The notes below the pieces were generated by a model. That model saw only the letters and a program-made list of their open reading frames with translations. It made no database searches and was not told the origin of the DNA. Below are positions 22,201 to 33,900 of a stretch of 64,000 nucleotides of DNA, piece by piece; within the stretch, counting starts at the first letter, position 1; every line of letters starts with the position of its first letter. Position numbers and translations under genes: made by a program. The stretch spans positions 9,935-73,934 of the IMG/VR virus record IMGVR_UViG_3300042885_000751. One strand, 5' to 3'. This stretch comes from a virus. Taxonomy: Duplodnaviria > Caudoviricetes.

Positions 22201-24957
22201 TATTTTGTAGATATGGTTAATAAGCAAATTAATGGATTAGAAAATAATACATTCTTAAATGCATTAGCTGATAAAAATATATTCATGGATCTTGAAGAAT
22301 TTCAAAATTATATGGATAATAATGTTCCACCTAAAGAATTTCTTAATGATACTACAAAACAAGTAATAAAACCAGGTACTATTGAATATGCATTAATATT
22401 TGATATGCTACAAAAGAATAAAGAATTAAAAACTCAAGAGACATCAAAAGAAACATTTGAAGAAAAATTACAAACAGTACTTGATGGTTTAGATATAGCA
22501 GAACAAAAAGAAATTGATAAGCTAGAAAAAACTGAAGTTAAAACTAAAGTTAAAACAGTTAAGAGAGAGGGTATAAAAATTAAAGATGTTGCTATTGAAA
22601 TTGCACTTGGAGAATATGTAGATATAACAATTGAAAAAACAGATCAGGTATTAACATTATTTAGTTCTGCTGAAGGATTAAGAAATAATAATAAAGATGG
22701 TGACGTAATTAGCATTAAGGATATCAAGGATACATTCTCTGAATATACAATTTATAAACTTGAACTTAAACCAAATGCAGCAGAGGTTAAAGAAATAAAT
22801 AAAAAATATACAGATCTTAAGAAAGAAGCAATAGATAAATTTAAAGCTGAAAAAAGTAAAAATGAATTAAAACAATATTCAATATATACTGAGTTAAAAG
22901 ATTTCCCTAAAGACTTATACAAAGAGTTGCAGGCTGAATTTAATAAATCTGAAGAACTAGCAGCTGCATCTGATGAAGACTTATCTGATGAAGAGATATT
23001 AGATATGTTTAAAGCATTTATTGAAAAAGATGCTAATGCTAAAACTATTATAGATAATTATAATGGTAAAAATGCAGAAGAAGTAAAAAAAGAAGAATCT
23101 GGTGAAATAGAGGAATTTGATTTTCAATATAATAATAAAACTGAAAACACTTCTAAATTTGATAATGAGCAAATAAAAACTTTAAGTAGTCAATTTAAGA
23201 ATTTTAGAGATAGTGAAACTGATCCTGTAAAAAAAGAATATTATGCAAAGGTGGTTAATGATTTTAAAAAATTAATTGCTACACGTTTACTAAAAAGCTA
23301 TAAACCTGATATACAAGAGACAATAAGAATTATAAAAGAAAAGTTAACTGATCAACAAGGAAGAGCACAAAAAATAGGTCAACTGGGTTATTTAGTAAAT
23401 AATAAAATTCTTGAAAGAGTAACTAATTTTATACAAGGTTTAAAAAGTAATAAATATAAATACACAGGAAAACAAATAATAACTAATGCTTTTGATATTA
23501 CTATTAATAAAACTGGATTGAATAAAGAAAGCATTGATGCTTTCATGACTGAGATTGATGAAAAATTAATGCCAACTCCAACAAAAGATACAGGATATAC
23601 AAAAGATACTCTTGATGGTGTTGCATCCACTTCAAATAATTTAAGAAATTACTTAAATGATATACTTGAAAATAAAGAAACAAATGGTCTTAAGAGTAAA
23701 AAAGATCAGTTAGATGCAATACAAAAATATATATCTGATAATGCATATGAGTATACAAGAAAAGCTGGTGATTATTTAGATGAGCAATTAAAAAGTTTCT
23801 TTACTAAAGGAGAAAAACCAGAATTTAAAGAATCAGAAATTATTAGAGAAGCATTTGATGATATATTTGGACCTAAAGGTTTTTTAAAACCCATTAAACA
23901 AAAAATAGATTCAGGTGAGTTATATGTATTAGCAAAAAATCTTGTAGTATTTGATGAAGAAAGTGGTATTGCTGGTGAAATGGATTTACTGCTTATTGAT
24001 AAACAAGGTAAATTACACATAGTAGATTTTAAAACTGGTGAACAAAAAAAATGGAATGGCTTTGTTGAAGGAACAGATTCAGGTTTAAATAAAACTGAAG
24101 ACTATACTCTACAACAATATACTTATGCTAGATTATTAAAAAAGATGACAGGACTTGATGCTGAAATAAACATCATGCCTATTGAAATAAATATTAATAA
24201 ATATAGATATCAAATTGGAACTGTAAATGAACCTACTAATAAAAAGTTATTAGGTTTAGATAATTGGTATTTTCCATTAGATCCTAATTTTGCTGATGCT
24301 AAAACTAAAATAGATAAAGAAATTAGTATTACAGAACCTGTTATTACTGAGCCTGTTATTACAGAACCTGGTATTAAAGTAGCTACAGAAGTAAAATTAA
24401 GTGATGAAGATAAAACTAAACTAGGTAGACTTGGTTATAAATCTGAATTTTATAGACAGCTTTCTAAAGAAGACTTAACAAAAATACTTCAAGATAGTAT
24501 TCCAATTGAAGTGTTTACTAAAGAGCAAACAATAACTGAAGAAAAACAAGTTACAAAAGTATCTGAACTTACTTTTAAAAATGGTGATACTGTTATAGTT
24601 GAGAAAACAATACCTGGTAGAAAAAATGATCCTGATTTTGCTTCAGTAGGTGCAGTAATAACTGTTATAGAAACTACAGAAAAAGGTGTCAGATTTACAT
24701 ACATGGGACGCCAAAAAACATTATCTTTGTCTGAGTTAGATAAATATGTTACAACAAAAACTATTGAGAAAACTAAAGAAGCTGAAAAGGGTGATGAAGT
24801 TTTAGATGCAATAGATCAAGACTTAATTGCTGAGTCATTAAAAGTATTAAAAGATTTTATTTCTAGTGATACAAATATAAATAAAGCAAAAACAAATGCT
24901 AATGATAAAACATTAGTAGAGATTTATGATGAATTATTAAAATACTTAGATTGTTAA
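19267..24957 (+). CDS. Giant ejected protein with hydrophobic segments and C-terminal PD-(D/E)XK nuclease domain
   Basis: Gly/Ala hydrophobic stretches near N-terminus; GIAGEMDLLLID...IVDFKTG...YTLQQYTY nuclease motif; ends in Cys. Confidence 0.7.
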   Translation: MENTFSPLDPLGPEFGKVQGPAINAQSLSPFEGDVLKENKIDFFPIAHDFSIAAHPKYPVQDVVTGRSPNRPGYQNPNKNLTAQQRADAWAADSEMMIRSHNDKNTYAKMNMYNAGPSGNSFYKRYAAFGEKKFNELGFSPMRDNEAIYNANTTWGERASRMMKNSFLPLLGRGFVSGPKSLFKMMQGDFSSDLEDARAYEEAAAIGQDTSGGFGAFFTNTSMSFAYTAGIIGEAIVEEVAGALLAPVTFGGSFFAATANNLRKVGKLGDAVDLAVDGYRAVNTTLKEANSINGARKMWKGAETFGNNKLVKFLNPLENTYSAVMGIGKNADNLTGLARLSRETSKTAGGLFRDVRNINMALSEARLEGGMNDNKVYDELYDEYYRKNERAPSDEEQYEMTKTAKASGINTLMWNTALIFASNKIVLPNLMKSGAGKNAIGNKLDDVLTMKDGKVVLEKKFDAGKKIAKGEFTYVANSFKNSLKGFKAAPIRTTAKVAGTYLKGNLLEGVQENLQDVISVANEEYYINSYKNKELGAHLYNKSQSSLMLDGLKNQFSSQGFETFASGALMGLFSGGLNLIKGGLDAGYNNIFNKEEYNTYKAERKTHGENVAKQLTALYNDPNEFFDPKLFNYGNQNNVVANTEDADTKDKKDDLRDAFMSQVWTSLSSNTLNYFKDHISSFKDVTPEEFEDAFGFEKGTGIERQGKIDTIISKIDDVKKTYDYASDRFPNPIDLSKYDKALPEYREAALLSRAWNEGVRQYVFSNHKYMDNVDRMVSISGTILDNPSMKKMSQTDMQMILQPSKINDEVQLLKSEIEGLSQLTDSKSKAELLKKQNKVTALEEYASAHNMHEAYYNSSTRDQFINDLFEEVKKQQGVAELTEDDKKQILEIQENAVDNDLELAYKNFLKVANGIDSSYIFDTDVDESFSKLKDHYKIDEETKDLVKQINLMHDPKFFMGQVNKSKVWMTNMYNNRKDYFVDMVNKQINGLENNTFLNALADKNIFMDLEEFQNYMDNNVPPKEFLNDTTKQVIKPGTIEYALIFDMLQKNKELKTQETSKETFEEKLQTVLDGLDIAEQKEIDKLEKTEVKTKVKTVKREGIKIKDVAIEIALGEYVDITIEKTDQVLTLFSSAEGLRNNNKDGDVISIKDIKDTFSEYTIYKLELKPNAAEVKEINKKYTDLKKEAIDKFKAEKSKNELKQYSIYTELKDFPKDLYKELQAEFNKSEELAAASDEDLSDEEILDMFKAFIEKDANAKTIIDNYNGKNAEEVKKEESGEIEEFDFQYNNKTENTSKFDNEQIKTLSSQFKNFRDSETDPVKKEYYAKVVNDFKKLIATRLLKSYKPDIQETIRIIKEKLTDQQGRAQKIGQLGYLVNNKILERVTNFIQGLKSNKYKYTGKQIITNAFDITINKTGLNKESIDAFMTEIDEKLMPTPTKDTGYTKDTLDGVASTSNNLRNYLNDILENKETNGLKSKKDQLDAIQKYISDNAYEYTRKAGDYLDEQLKSFFTKGEKPEFKESEIIREAFDDIFGPKGFLKPIKQKIDSGELYVLAKNLVVFDEESGIAGEMDLLLIDKQGKLHIVDFKTGEQKKWNGFVEGTDSGLNKTEDYTLQQYTYARLLKKMTGLDAEINIMPIEININKYRYQIGTVNEPTNKKLLGLDNWYFPLDPNFADAKTKIDKEISITEPVITEPVITEPGIKVATEVKLSDEDKTKLGRLGYKSEFYRQLSKEDLTKILQDSIPIEVFTKEQTITEEKQVTKVSELTFKNGDTVIVEKTIPGRKNDPDFASVGAVITVIETTEKGVRFTYMGRQKTLSLSELDKYVTTKTIEKTKEAEKGDEVLDAIDQDLIAESLKVLKDFISSDTNINKAKTNANDKTLVEIYDELLKYLDC
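24328..24371 (+). repeat. 15-nt in-frame tandem repeat x3 (ITEPV)
   Basis: ATTACAGAACCTGTT ATTACTGAGCCTGTT ATTACAGAACCTGG encodes ITEPVITEPVITEPG. Confidence 0.85.
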
Positions 24958-24961
24958 TATT

Positions 24962-27900
24962 ATGGTAAACTGTTCATTATCACCAACACAAGTTGAAAAT
25001 TTATATAAGTTAATATATAAACAAATGCTTAATTCTTTAGAGGATAATTCTTTTAATCAAGAAGCATTTATGACTGACCTATTTGAAAAAATAGAACAAA
25101 AAGCAGATATTAATACAGCATCTACTTTTTTACAAGTTGTACCTGTTTTAATGAAAGAGGCACTTGAACAAGATGAATTAGGAAATGTTAATTTTGATTT
25201 AAATATTAATAGGGAATTAATAAATAACTTTAAAAATACAGAAAACGGATTATTTAAAACATTAAAATATTTTAAACCTGAAGCTACTTTAGCAGATTTA
25301 GAAATCAGTATGGAAATAGAAAAAGGTATAATAAATACTCCTGAATCAGATCAAGGTGATGAATTAACTGATATACTTAATGATCCATTTAGATGGCAAG
25401 CAGATGATGCTTTAACTTCTACAATGCAAGAACTTTCTACTAGAAAACCTGATGAAAAAGACACTGGAGCTAAAGAAAAAAAAGATCCTAATAAAGAAAG
25501 AATATATAGAGCAATAAGAAAGATTAAAGAAAAAGGTGTAAGAAAAGAAGGTGGACCTGAATTAATTTATCAAGGTAAAGTATTAAAATTAAAAACAGTA
25601 AAATTATTAAGTCTTAATGCTAAAAATTTACTTGATAAAACTACTGTTGCATTTGTAATAAAAAGTAATTCAATAGTAGATCAAGGTACTAGTCTAGAAG
25701 ATGTAACTCCTGCTAAAGATATAATTGCATTAGTAGTAACTGATGAAAATGGTGTAGAATTATTTTTTGATGAAAATGGAAACATATCTACTAAAGAAGA
25801 AGGTGGTCAAATTGTATATCAATTTTTAAGAGATGTAAGAACTGAAAAAGATTCTAATAAATTAAGAGTTACAGACATATATGGTTTAGAAGATAGAATT
25901 CTTTCACCTGCAGAATTAATTGAAAAAGATGCTCATAATAGTAAAATGAGTATGGAGTCATATAAAAAATGGTTAATTGACCAGGGTACTACATATGAAG
26001 AATTACTTGTTGCAGTAGATAATAAACAACAAGAAAGCTTTAAAGAATTACAAAATTTAAGAGATGATGCACGTGCAGATAAACCTAAATTATTAAACAT
26101 AACAGATATTAGTGCTGGTATTACTGATGTTTTCTTTTCTGAAACAAGTACAACATTAGATGACTTTCTTACTAGTAGTAAAAAAACATTTGAAGATTTA
26201 GATCTTCAAATTAATCCAGATAAATTTACTGCTCAAGTATATGTAAATGATACTTATTATACAATTGATAGACCTAATTTACCTGAAGAATACATAAATC
26301 AAATTGCTGCTGTATTAGTAAATCCTAAATTAACTAATGAACAGAAAAATAATTTTTATTTACAGTTTACTAATAATAATATTAATAGAGATAAAAGAAA
26401 ATTACTTGTATTTTATGATTCAGTAACAAAAGAATTAACAGCTAAATATAGAACTAAGTCTTCTGAAAGTGCTCAATTATTTGATTTATCAGCTTCTGGT
26501 GCTGAAAAAATTATAATTGACAGTTTATTGTATGAAAGTACATATGTTAAAACTAATGGTGAAACAGAAATTTATGCTACTACCATGGGTTATAATAAAG
26601 ATTTACTTATAAGTAAAGGTGTCAGTAAATTTTATACATATGACCGTACTACTGATAAACTTATAGCTAAGTCATATAAAGATTTTCTTAATGGATTAGA
26701 CTTAAAAGTTTTAAAACCAGATACTGAAAAAAATGATAAAGATAAAGCAGTAAATAATCCATATTTTCAATTTAGAATTGATAAAGATTTTATTGCTGAA
26801 ACAGAAGAAGTTAAAGAAGCAACAACATCTACTCCTGTAGATAAAATTAAAGAAACTAAAGATAACCTTGTTGCTAAATTAAAAGTTAATAAAGATTTAT
26901 CTGGTACTATATACAGTGGTAAAGCACTTACAGATGCTACATTTGAAATGATGATAGATGGTGTACGTGTAGAAGGTAGATATGAGGATGGTAAACCAAT
27001 TGCAGGTATAAAAATTGGTGATCCGGTAACATTTATAGTTAATGATGTATCTCCTACTATAACTGATGTGATATCAATATATAAAGGAGATAAAAAAATA
27101 GGTCAAGTAAGTCAAACTGATTTTACCTTAAAACCAAAAACTCCTAAAGCAACTGTTACTCCACAACAAAAAGCAGCTGAAAAAGATAAACCACTTACTA
27201 ATCCAGATAAAGTTGGTCAAGCTGATGATACAACTGGTATAAGTGATGCATTTGATTTAAATAGATCTGCTAAATTACCTAATAATGTTACTCAAGAAGA
27301 AATTACTGCTGCTCAAGAATGGTGGGATAATTCTCCATTATCTAAACTTATTAAACTTGAGCACATGGCTAACATTGTTAACTCTGATGTTTATGCAAGA
27401 TTTATTATAGCAGGTAAAAGATTAGAGGATACTAAAATACAATTAGATACTGCTACTGGTAGTTCTGCTGTAGATTTATACCATGAAGCTTGGCATGCAT
27501 TTTCTCAATTATATTTAACTAAGGATCAAAAAACTAAGTTATATGCTGAGACAAGAAAAAGATTAAATAACTATGATCTTTCTCCAATTGAAGTAGAAGA
27601 AATTATTGCTGAAGACTTTAGAGATTATGCTAAAAATCCTCAAACTATAAAAGATGGGCCAACAAGAAATAGTTTATTCAGAAAAATCTGGAATTTCATT
27701 AAAGCATTATTTGGTAAACAAAATACTAAAGATGAGTTATTTGAGAAATTATTTTTTGCAAGTAAAAACCCTAAGCTTTTAAACAAATATACTCCACTTG
27801 TTGATAACCATATGTTCAACACTCTTAATAGAGCAAGAGGTATAGTCAACACTGAAACAAAAGAACTTGTTTTAAATTATCAAGATAGTCTTAAGGTATC

Positions 27901-30900
27901 AAATCAAATTGATTCTGCTTTATCACAGATTATTGATGAAGTGTATAATGATAGACTTAATAAAAATATTAATAAAGTTAAAGATCTAGCAGGAAATATA
28001 GTAACAGTAAATAAAACTGGAACTATTCAGATATTAACTATTGATAAAAATAAAAAAGAAGCTTATGCTAGAATTGAATTAAGATTTAATAAAAGACTTG
28101 ATAAATTCAAAACAGAACTAGAAACTACTCCTCAAGAAGATTTTAATAAAAGAAGTTTATTAAATAATAAAATAAGAATAATAGAAGAAGCACTTGCTAA
28201 TTGGGATAATGTATTAGAGTTTCATAAAGAACACAGTACATTTGATTTAATTAAACAAAAGTACATTGAAATAAATGAAGAAGAAACTGAAATAGATGAA
28301 GATAAAACTGGTACAGAAGTTGTTGAAGAATCTGAAGCAGTATCTAAAAGTGAAGTAGGTGAAAAATCATTATTACAATTAGCTGAAAAAGAAACTCTTT
28401 ACATTCTAAAAAGTCTATTTAAAATAGTTGATGGTAAACAAGTAGAAGGGCCATTAGGTTTTCCAGAATTAGTTGACTTTAGTAAAATATGGAATACAGT
28501 TACTAAAGTAATTGGAGGTGAAAAGAATCCAGTTAAAATGTATCTTAAACTTCAAGAAGCTATACCTTTTTATCCAGAATTAGCACAACTTGTAAATAAT
28601 AAATTCCCAGATCCAAGAAATATTAAAACATTACAAGAATTTAATATCAAAGCAGCATTTTGGCAAGATTTTAAAAAACCTTTAATAAGATATGTTCAAT
28701 TAACAGTTGATACAGATAAAGAAACAGGTAATTATAAATCTGAAGTAACTGATGCTTCAATTGAATTTAAAAATATTATAAATAGTTTTAAGAGTGCATT
28801 TAATTCATCTGCAGAAACTAAATATATCAGTAAAAATGAAAATAATAAATCAGCATTAAAACTTGATACACTAATTAAAGCTTTTCCTACTACTGCATCT
28901 ATTGCTTTACCTGCACAACAGATTGAATTTGTTAATGCATTAGGAATTGGTTTACAAGATTTAAAAAGTATTAAAGATGAATTAGGTTCTAAAGACTATA
29001 GTATTTTTTATATATATCAAATTGCAAAAGCAGTTGATACATTAAATAAAGATTCTAAACTTAGTAATAATGAGCAAAAAGAATTTATTAAAAAATTCAT
29101 AGATAATCCTATTGATGCATTATATGGTAAAATACCTGCAGGTATATATAAAACTACTACAAGTGAAAAAGCTGTAATACAAAACTTAGCAAAATTACAA
29201 AGTAAATATGGTAATAATTATGCAAGTTTTAGTGTATTAAATGCAGAGAAAAAACTTGTAAATGAATTTACAGAAGATAGTAGTGTTACTATGATAGTAG
29301 ATGCTATTAACAATGTTAAAAATGGTAGAGATTTATGGATGAATAAAGGATATAACTATATGAGTTACCTTAATCCATTGATAAACGGTTTTACTGAGCA
29401 ATCACAATTACTTAAAAGTATATTTGAGGTTGAAGAAAATACATGGGCAAGAAGAGGAGATGCTAAGTTAGATCTTGTAATGGTGTCTGGTACTCAAATA
29501 GTAAATCTTGATGGTGCTAATACTACTTCTCTTGATGTACATAGTAAATATATTCAAGAATTAAACATGATGTTAAAATCAGGTTTCCAAGAATTTATGA
29601 GACATGCTTCTAAGTCATCATCATTTGGTATGAAGTCTAATAAGTTAAACTTATATGTTGACATTGAAAAATTTAAACCAGGAGGAGATGCTAATCAATA
29701 CGCTGTTGATAATATATTTTTAGGTTATATCCAAGCTGAGTTACTTAGAATACAAAAAATAAGAGGAAATAAAGAAGAGTATAAAAAATATGTAGGTTAT
29801 AATAGAGAAATTAAATCTGCAGATGGTAAAACTGTTCTTGGAATGGCTGGTGAGTTCTTTACTGCATTTGATAATATATTAACTAAAGATACTAAAGAAG
29901 AGATAATTGAAAAAGTAAAAGATGGTAAATTACTTGATTATTTAGAGTCAGACCCTAAATTAAAAGAAGATATAACTGAGCAAGTAAGTGCATATTTTGA
30001 AAGACAGTCTGCTGATAACAAGAAAGATTTTCAAAAATCTAAATGGATTGACCCAGCATTAACAAATAAATTAAAAGTTTATGAATTATCAACAGATGAT
30101 GAAGAAACTACGCTTATTAAAGCACATACAATGAATGCATGGATTCATAATTTTGAGACTGCTAGTTTAATATATGGTGATATTGTACAGTATAATCATG
30201 CTAAACAAGAATTACATAAAAGAAATCCAGGTTCTACTTCAGGTGGTAGAGGATTCATGGATGATCTTTATACTCAAAACTTTTTAAATAGTGACTTAAT
30301 TAAAGGTACATCATATGGTGCTAAACTTGCAACTATGGATGAATTTGGTAGTGATTATGCTCCATTTAGTTACAGTAACACTTATAATACTGCTATTATG
30401 CAGGAAGTTAAAAGAAGTTCAGTATATGTTAAAAATATTGAAAAAGGTCTAAGAGAAGATTATAAAAACAGAGGATTATCTCAAGCAGAAATTGATAAAA
30501 GACTTCTTAAAGAATTAAAACCATATAAAGATATGGAAGAGGGTGATGGTCAAGGTTATATAACTATTGATGCATACCGTCTATTAAGACTTGCTGAAAA
30601 GAATTGGTCATCTGAACAAGAAGATTTATTCCAAAAAGTAATTAGTGGTAAAGAAGTTAGTACTGAAGATATAACACAAATCTTTCCTGTATATAAATTA
30701 CAACACTTTGGCCATTTAGCTAATACACCATTACCGGTTAATGCAATGCATAAATTTGCATTGATGCCATTAATTCCATCACTTATTGTTGGTTCTGATT
30801 TAGAGTCATTACATCACCAAATGATGAAAGGTAATATACAATATGCTACATTCCAAACTGGTTCTAAAGTAGGTAGTGTAACATCTCAATTAAATAAAGA

Positions 30901-33900
30901 TGGTAAAGCAGTAGCAGATCAGATATATGATGATAATGGTGCTCAAAAAACATTAAAATCAGATATTGCTTTTACTCCAAATACAATATACTTAGCATAT
31001 CTTAAAAATGTTACAGCTGTTCCAATTAAATTAAAAGGTAAAACAGTATTCTCTACTCAGTTAAGAAAACTTATTATTGAAGGTTTATATGAGAATGGTA
31101 AATTAGTTAATCAAGAATATGCACCATTTGTTAAAGCTTATGAAGATGCTGTAAATGGTTATACTGAAATACTAAAAACTGAATTATTAAATGAAATTGG
31201 TTATGAATATAAAGATGGTAAATATGTTAGTGGTAATATAACTAAATTCATGGATGTAGTTCAAAGAGAACTTACTAGAAAAGATTTACCAGAACATTTA
31301 ATTGACTATATTCAAGTTGGTTCTAATAATGTTTTAACAAAAGATTTATCATTACATATGCTTTCAGGAGACATTGAAAAAATGATAACATCACTTGTTG
31401 AAAAAAGAATCATAAAACAAAAAGTAAAAGGTGAAGCATTAGTACAGGTTGCTAGTTCTTTAACTAATGGATTATGGGATTCAGGTTTTAAATTTGAAAA
31501 AGCTCAAACTGCAGAAATAGAAAAATACTTAGGTACTAATAACTTACCTTTCTATAATCCAGGTGAAAATGGTAATACATCTGCAATGAAAGTTGCTATT
31601 GCATTACAAGGTGATTTTAAAAATCTTTTAAAACTGAAAGATCTTGATGGTGTAGAAATAGGTACAAGAGAAAGATTAAATGTATTAATTAAAAATGATG
31701 AGTGGTTAAATAAAGGCAATAACCGGAAATCTGTTACTTTATCAGCTGTAAGGATCCCTGTACAAGGAATGAACTCTATGGAGTTTATGGAAGTATATGA
31801 ATTTTTAGATCCAGCTGCAGGTTCTATTATTATTCCTCCATCAGAAATTGTTGCTAAATCAGGAGCAGATTATGATGTTGATAAGCTTACTACATTCATG
31901 CCTAATATAGATGAAAATGGTAATTATGTAACATCTAATATATCTGAGGAAACATTAAAAAAATTAATTGCAAATGCAGAATCTAAAGGTGATAAAGCTG
32001 AAGTAGTTAAATTAATTGCATTACAGAAAAAAGCAATTGAAAATAGATTAATTGATTCTATCAGAGGTATATTACAACTACCTGATAATTATGCTACATT
32101 AGTAAGACCAAATGAAACTTACTTAATGAAAGATATTGCAGATGAGTTAGTAGACTCTTCACCTGAATATGGAAGATATAAAACTATTAGTCCAACAAAT
32201 ACATTAGAGGTAGGTTATAATCTAGCTAAACATGATTATAATATGACAGGGAAAGATGTATTAGGTATTATTGCTCTTGAAAATGCATTACATCCATTGT
32301 ATACAGCATTAGGTGCTGCTTTACCAAAAACATATTATGGTTCAGTTAAAAATAAAAGGACTAAAAAATATGAAGATGATAAAAGTATAATCTATGATAT
32401 GAGATTATTACTTGATCATAATAAAACTGAAGATGGAAGAATTTCTTTATCAGGTATTAATAGTGTAGATGGCCAAGATAAAATAGCAGATTTATTTTCA
32501 CATTTAATGAATGGTTCTGTGGATGTTGAGAAAGATGCATGGATTTTCTTTATTCAAGCTAATAAAGAACTTATACCAATGTTGTTGAATTTACTTAAAG
32601 CTGGTGTCCCAAAAAGACAAGCAGTTTATTTTATATCTCAACCATTAGTAAAAGAATATGCAAATCAACAAAGACTATATGCTAGTACATATGCAAATCT
32701 TACTGGTAAAGAAACATTACCTGATGAAAATGCAAAATATAATGCTCTTCAAGCTACATTAAAACAAACTGATATTAGTCAAGCTATTTTTAAAGCAAAT
32801 GAAAATAGATTAAATAATACATTAGATAATCTTAATCCTAATACTATTATAAAAGTAAAACCAAAAAATAATAAAGATTCATTTGAAATTACTGTTAAAG
32901 AATTTAAAAAATTTATTACTGAAGGTGAGATTAAATTAGACTATACTGATGCATTACTTGATATTAAAGGTAATGTAATATTTAAAAGTATAATTGCAGA
33001 TCCTAATAATGCGTTTTATCACCCAATGTCTACTCCAAACTATAAAGATGTTGTACTTGCAGCAACTGAAGGTATGGATAAGTTTACTACAGCTGATTTA
33101 AAAGAGACAATGGAAAGTAATGATACTACAAGTCCAAAAGCTATTGCAATGTTCTTACATTACCTAGAATATGAAAGGCAAATAAAAGATATGGCTGATC
33201 TTAAAAGACAGTCAAATCCTGATACTGCTACTTCTAAAACTATACAGGAGATCATGCAAAGAAAAATTGGTTTAGATATTTTATCTAGGTCATCTAAAAT
33301 AGATCAAGATTTAGTAAGAAAATTAAGAGAAGAGTCTATATTAGGATCTTTCTTTGATAATGTTATTACTCAAGATTTAGTAGAACCTTTATTTCCATTA
33401 ACAGATGATAAAAGAGTATCTGATTATTTACTTAATTATATTAATAATAATAACATTCCACTTAAATTTGGTGAAGGAGCAGATGGCATAACTAATTTTA
33501 TCACATCATTTAAACAAGCAATGGTAAATTATATTTATCAAAACAGATTAAATGAGATAATAACTACTAAAGAGTCATTCCCAGGTGTACCAGAATTATT
33601 TAATTCTTTAAATCACCAAGCATATGTGACTAGATTTATGAGTATGATAAGTGAAAATACTCACTTAAAAGAATTGTATTCAGTACTAGAACAGATTACT
33701 GATGTACCGGTAAATATATTTGATTCTAAAACTAAGCAAATTAAAGGTCAGATATCTGTATTAACATTAAACAATAAACCTGTAGTAAAAGGAGCACTAT
33801 CTGATAGTTATCATCAAAACTTAATTGATCTTGCTGATGAAAATGTTATTAAAGTAAAAGATCCAGTTAAGAATAAAAAAATATCAGACATGTTTAAGAT

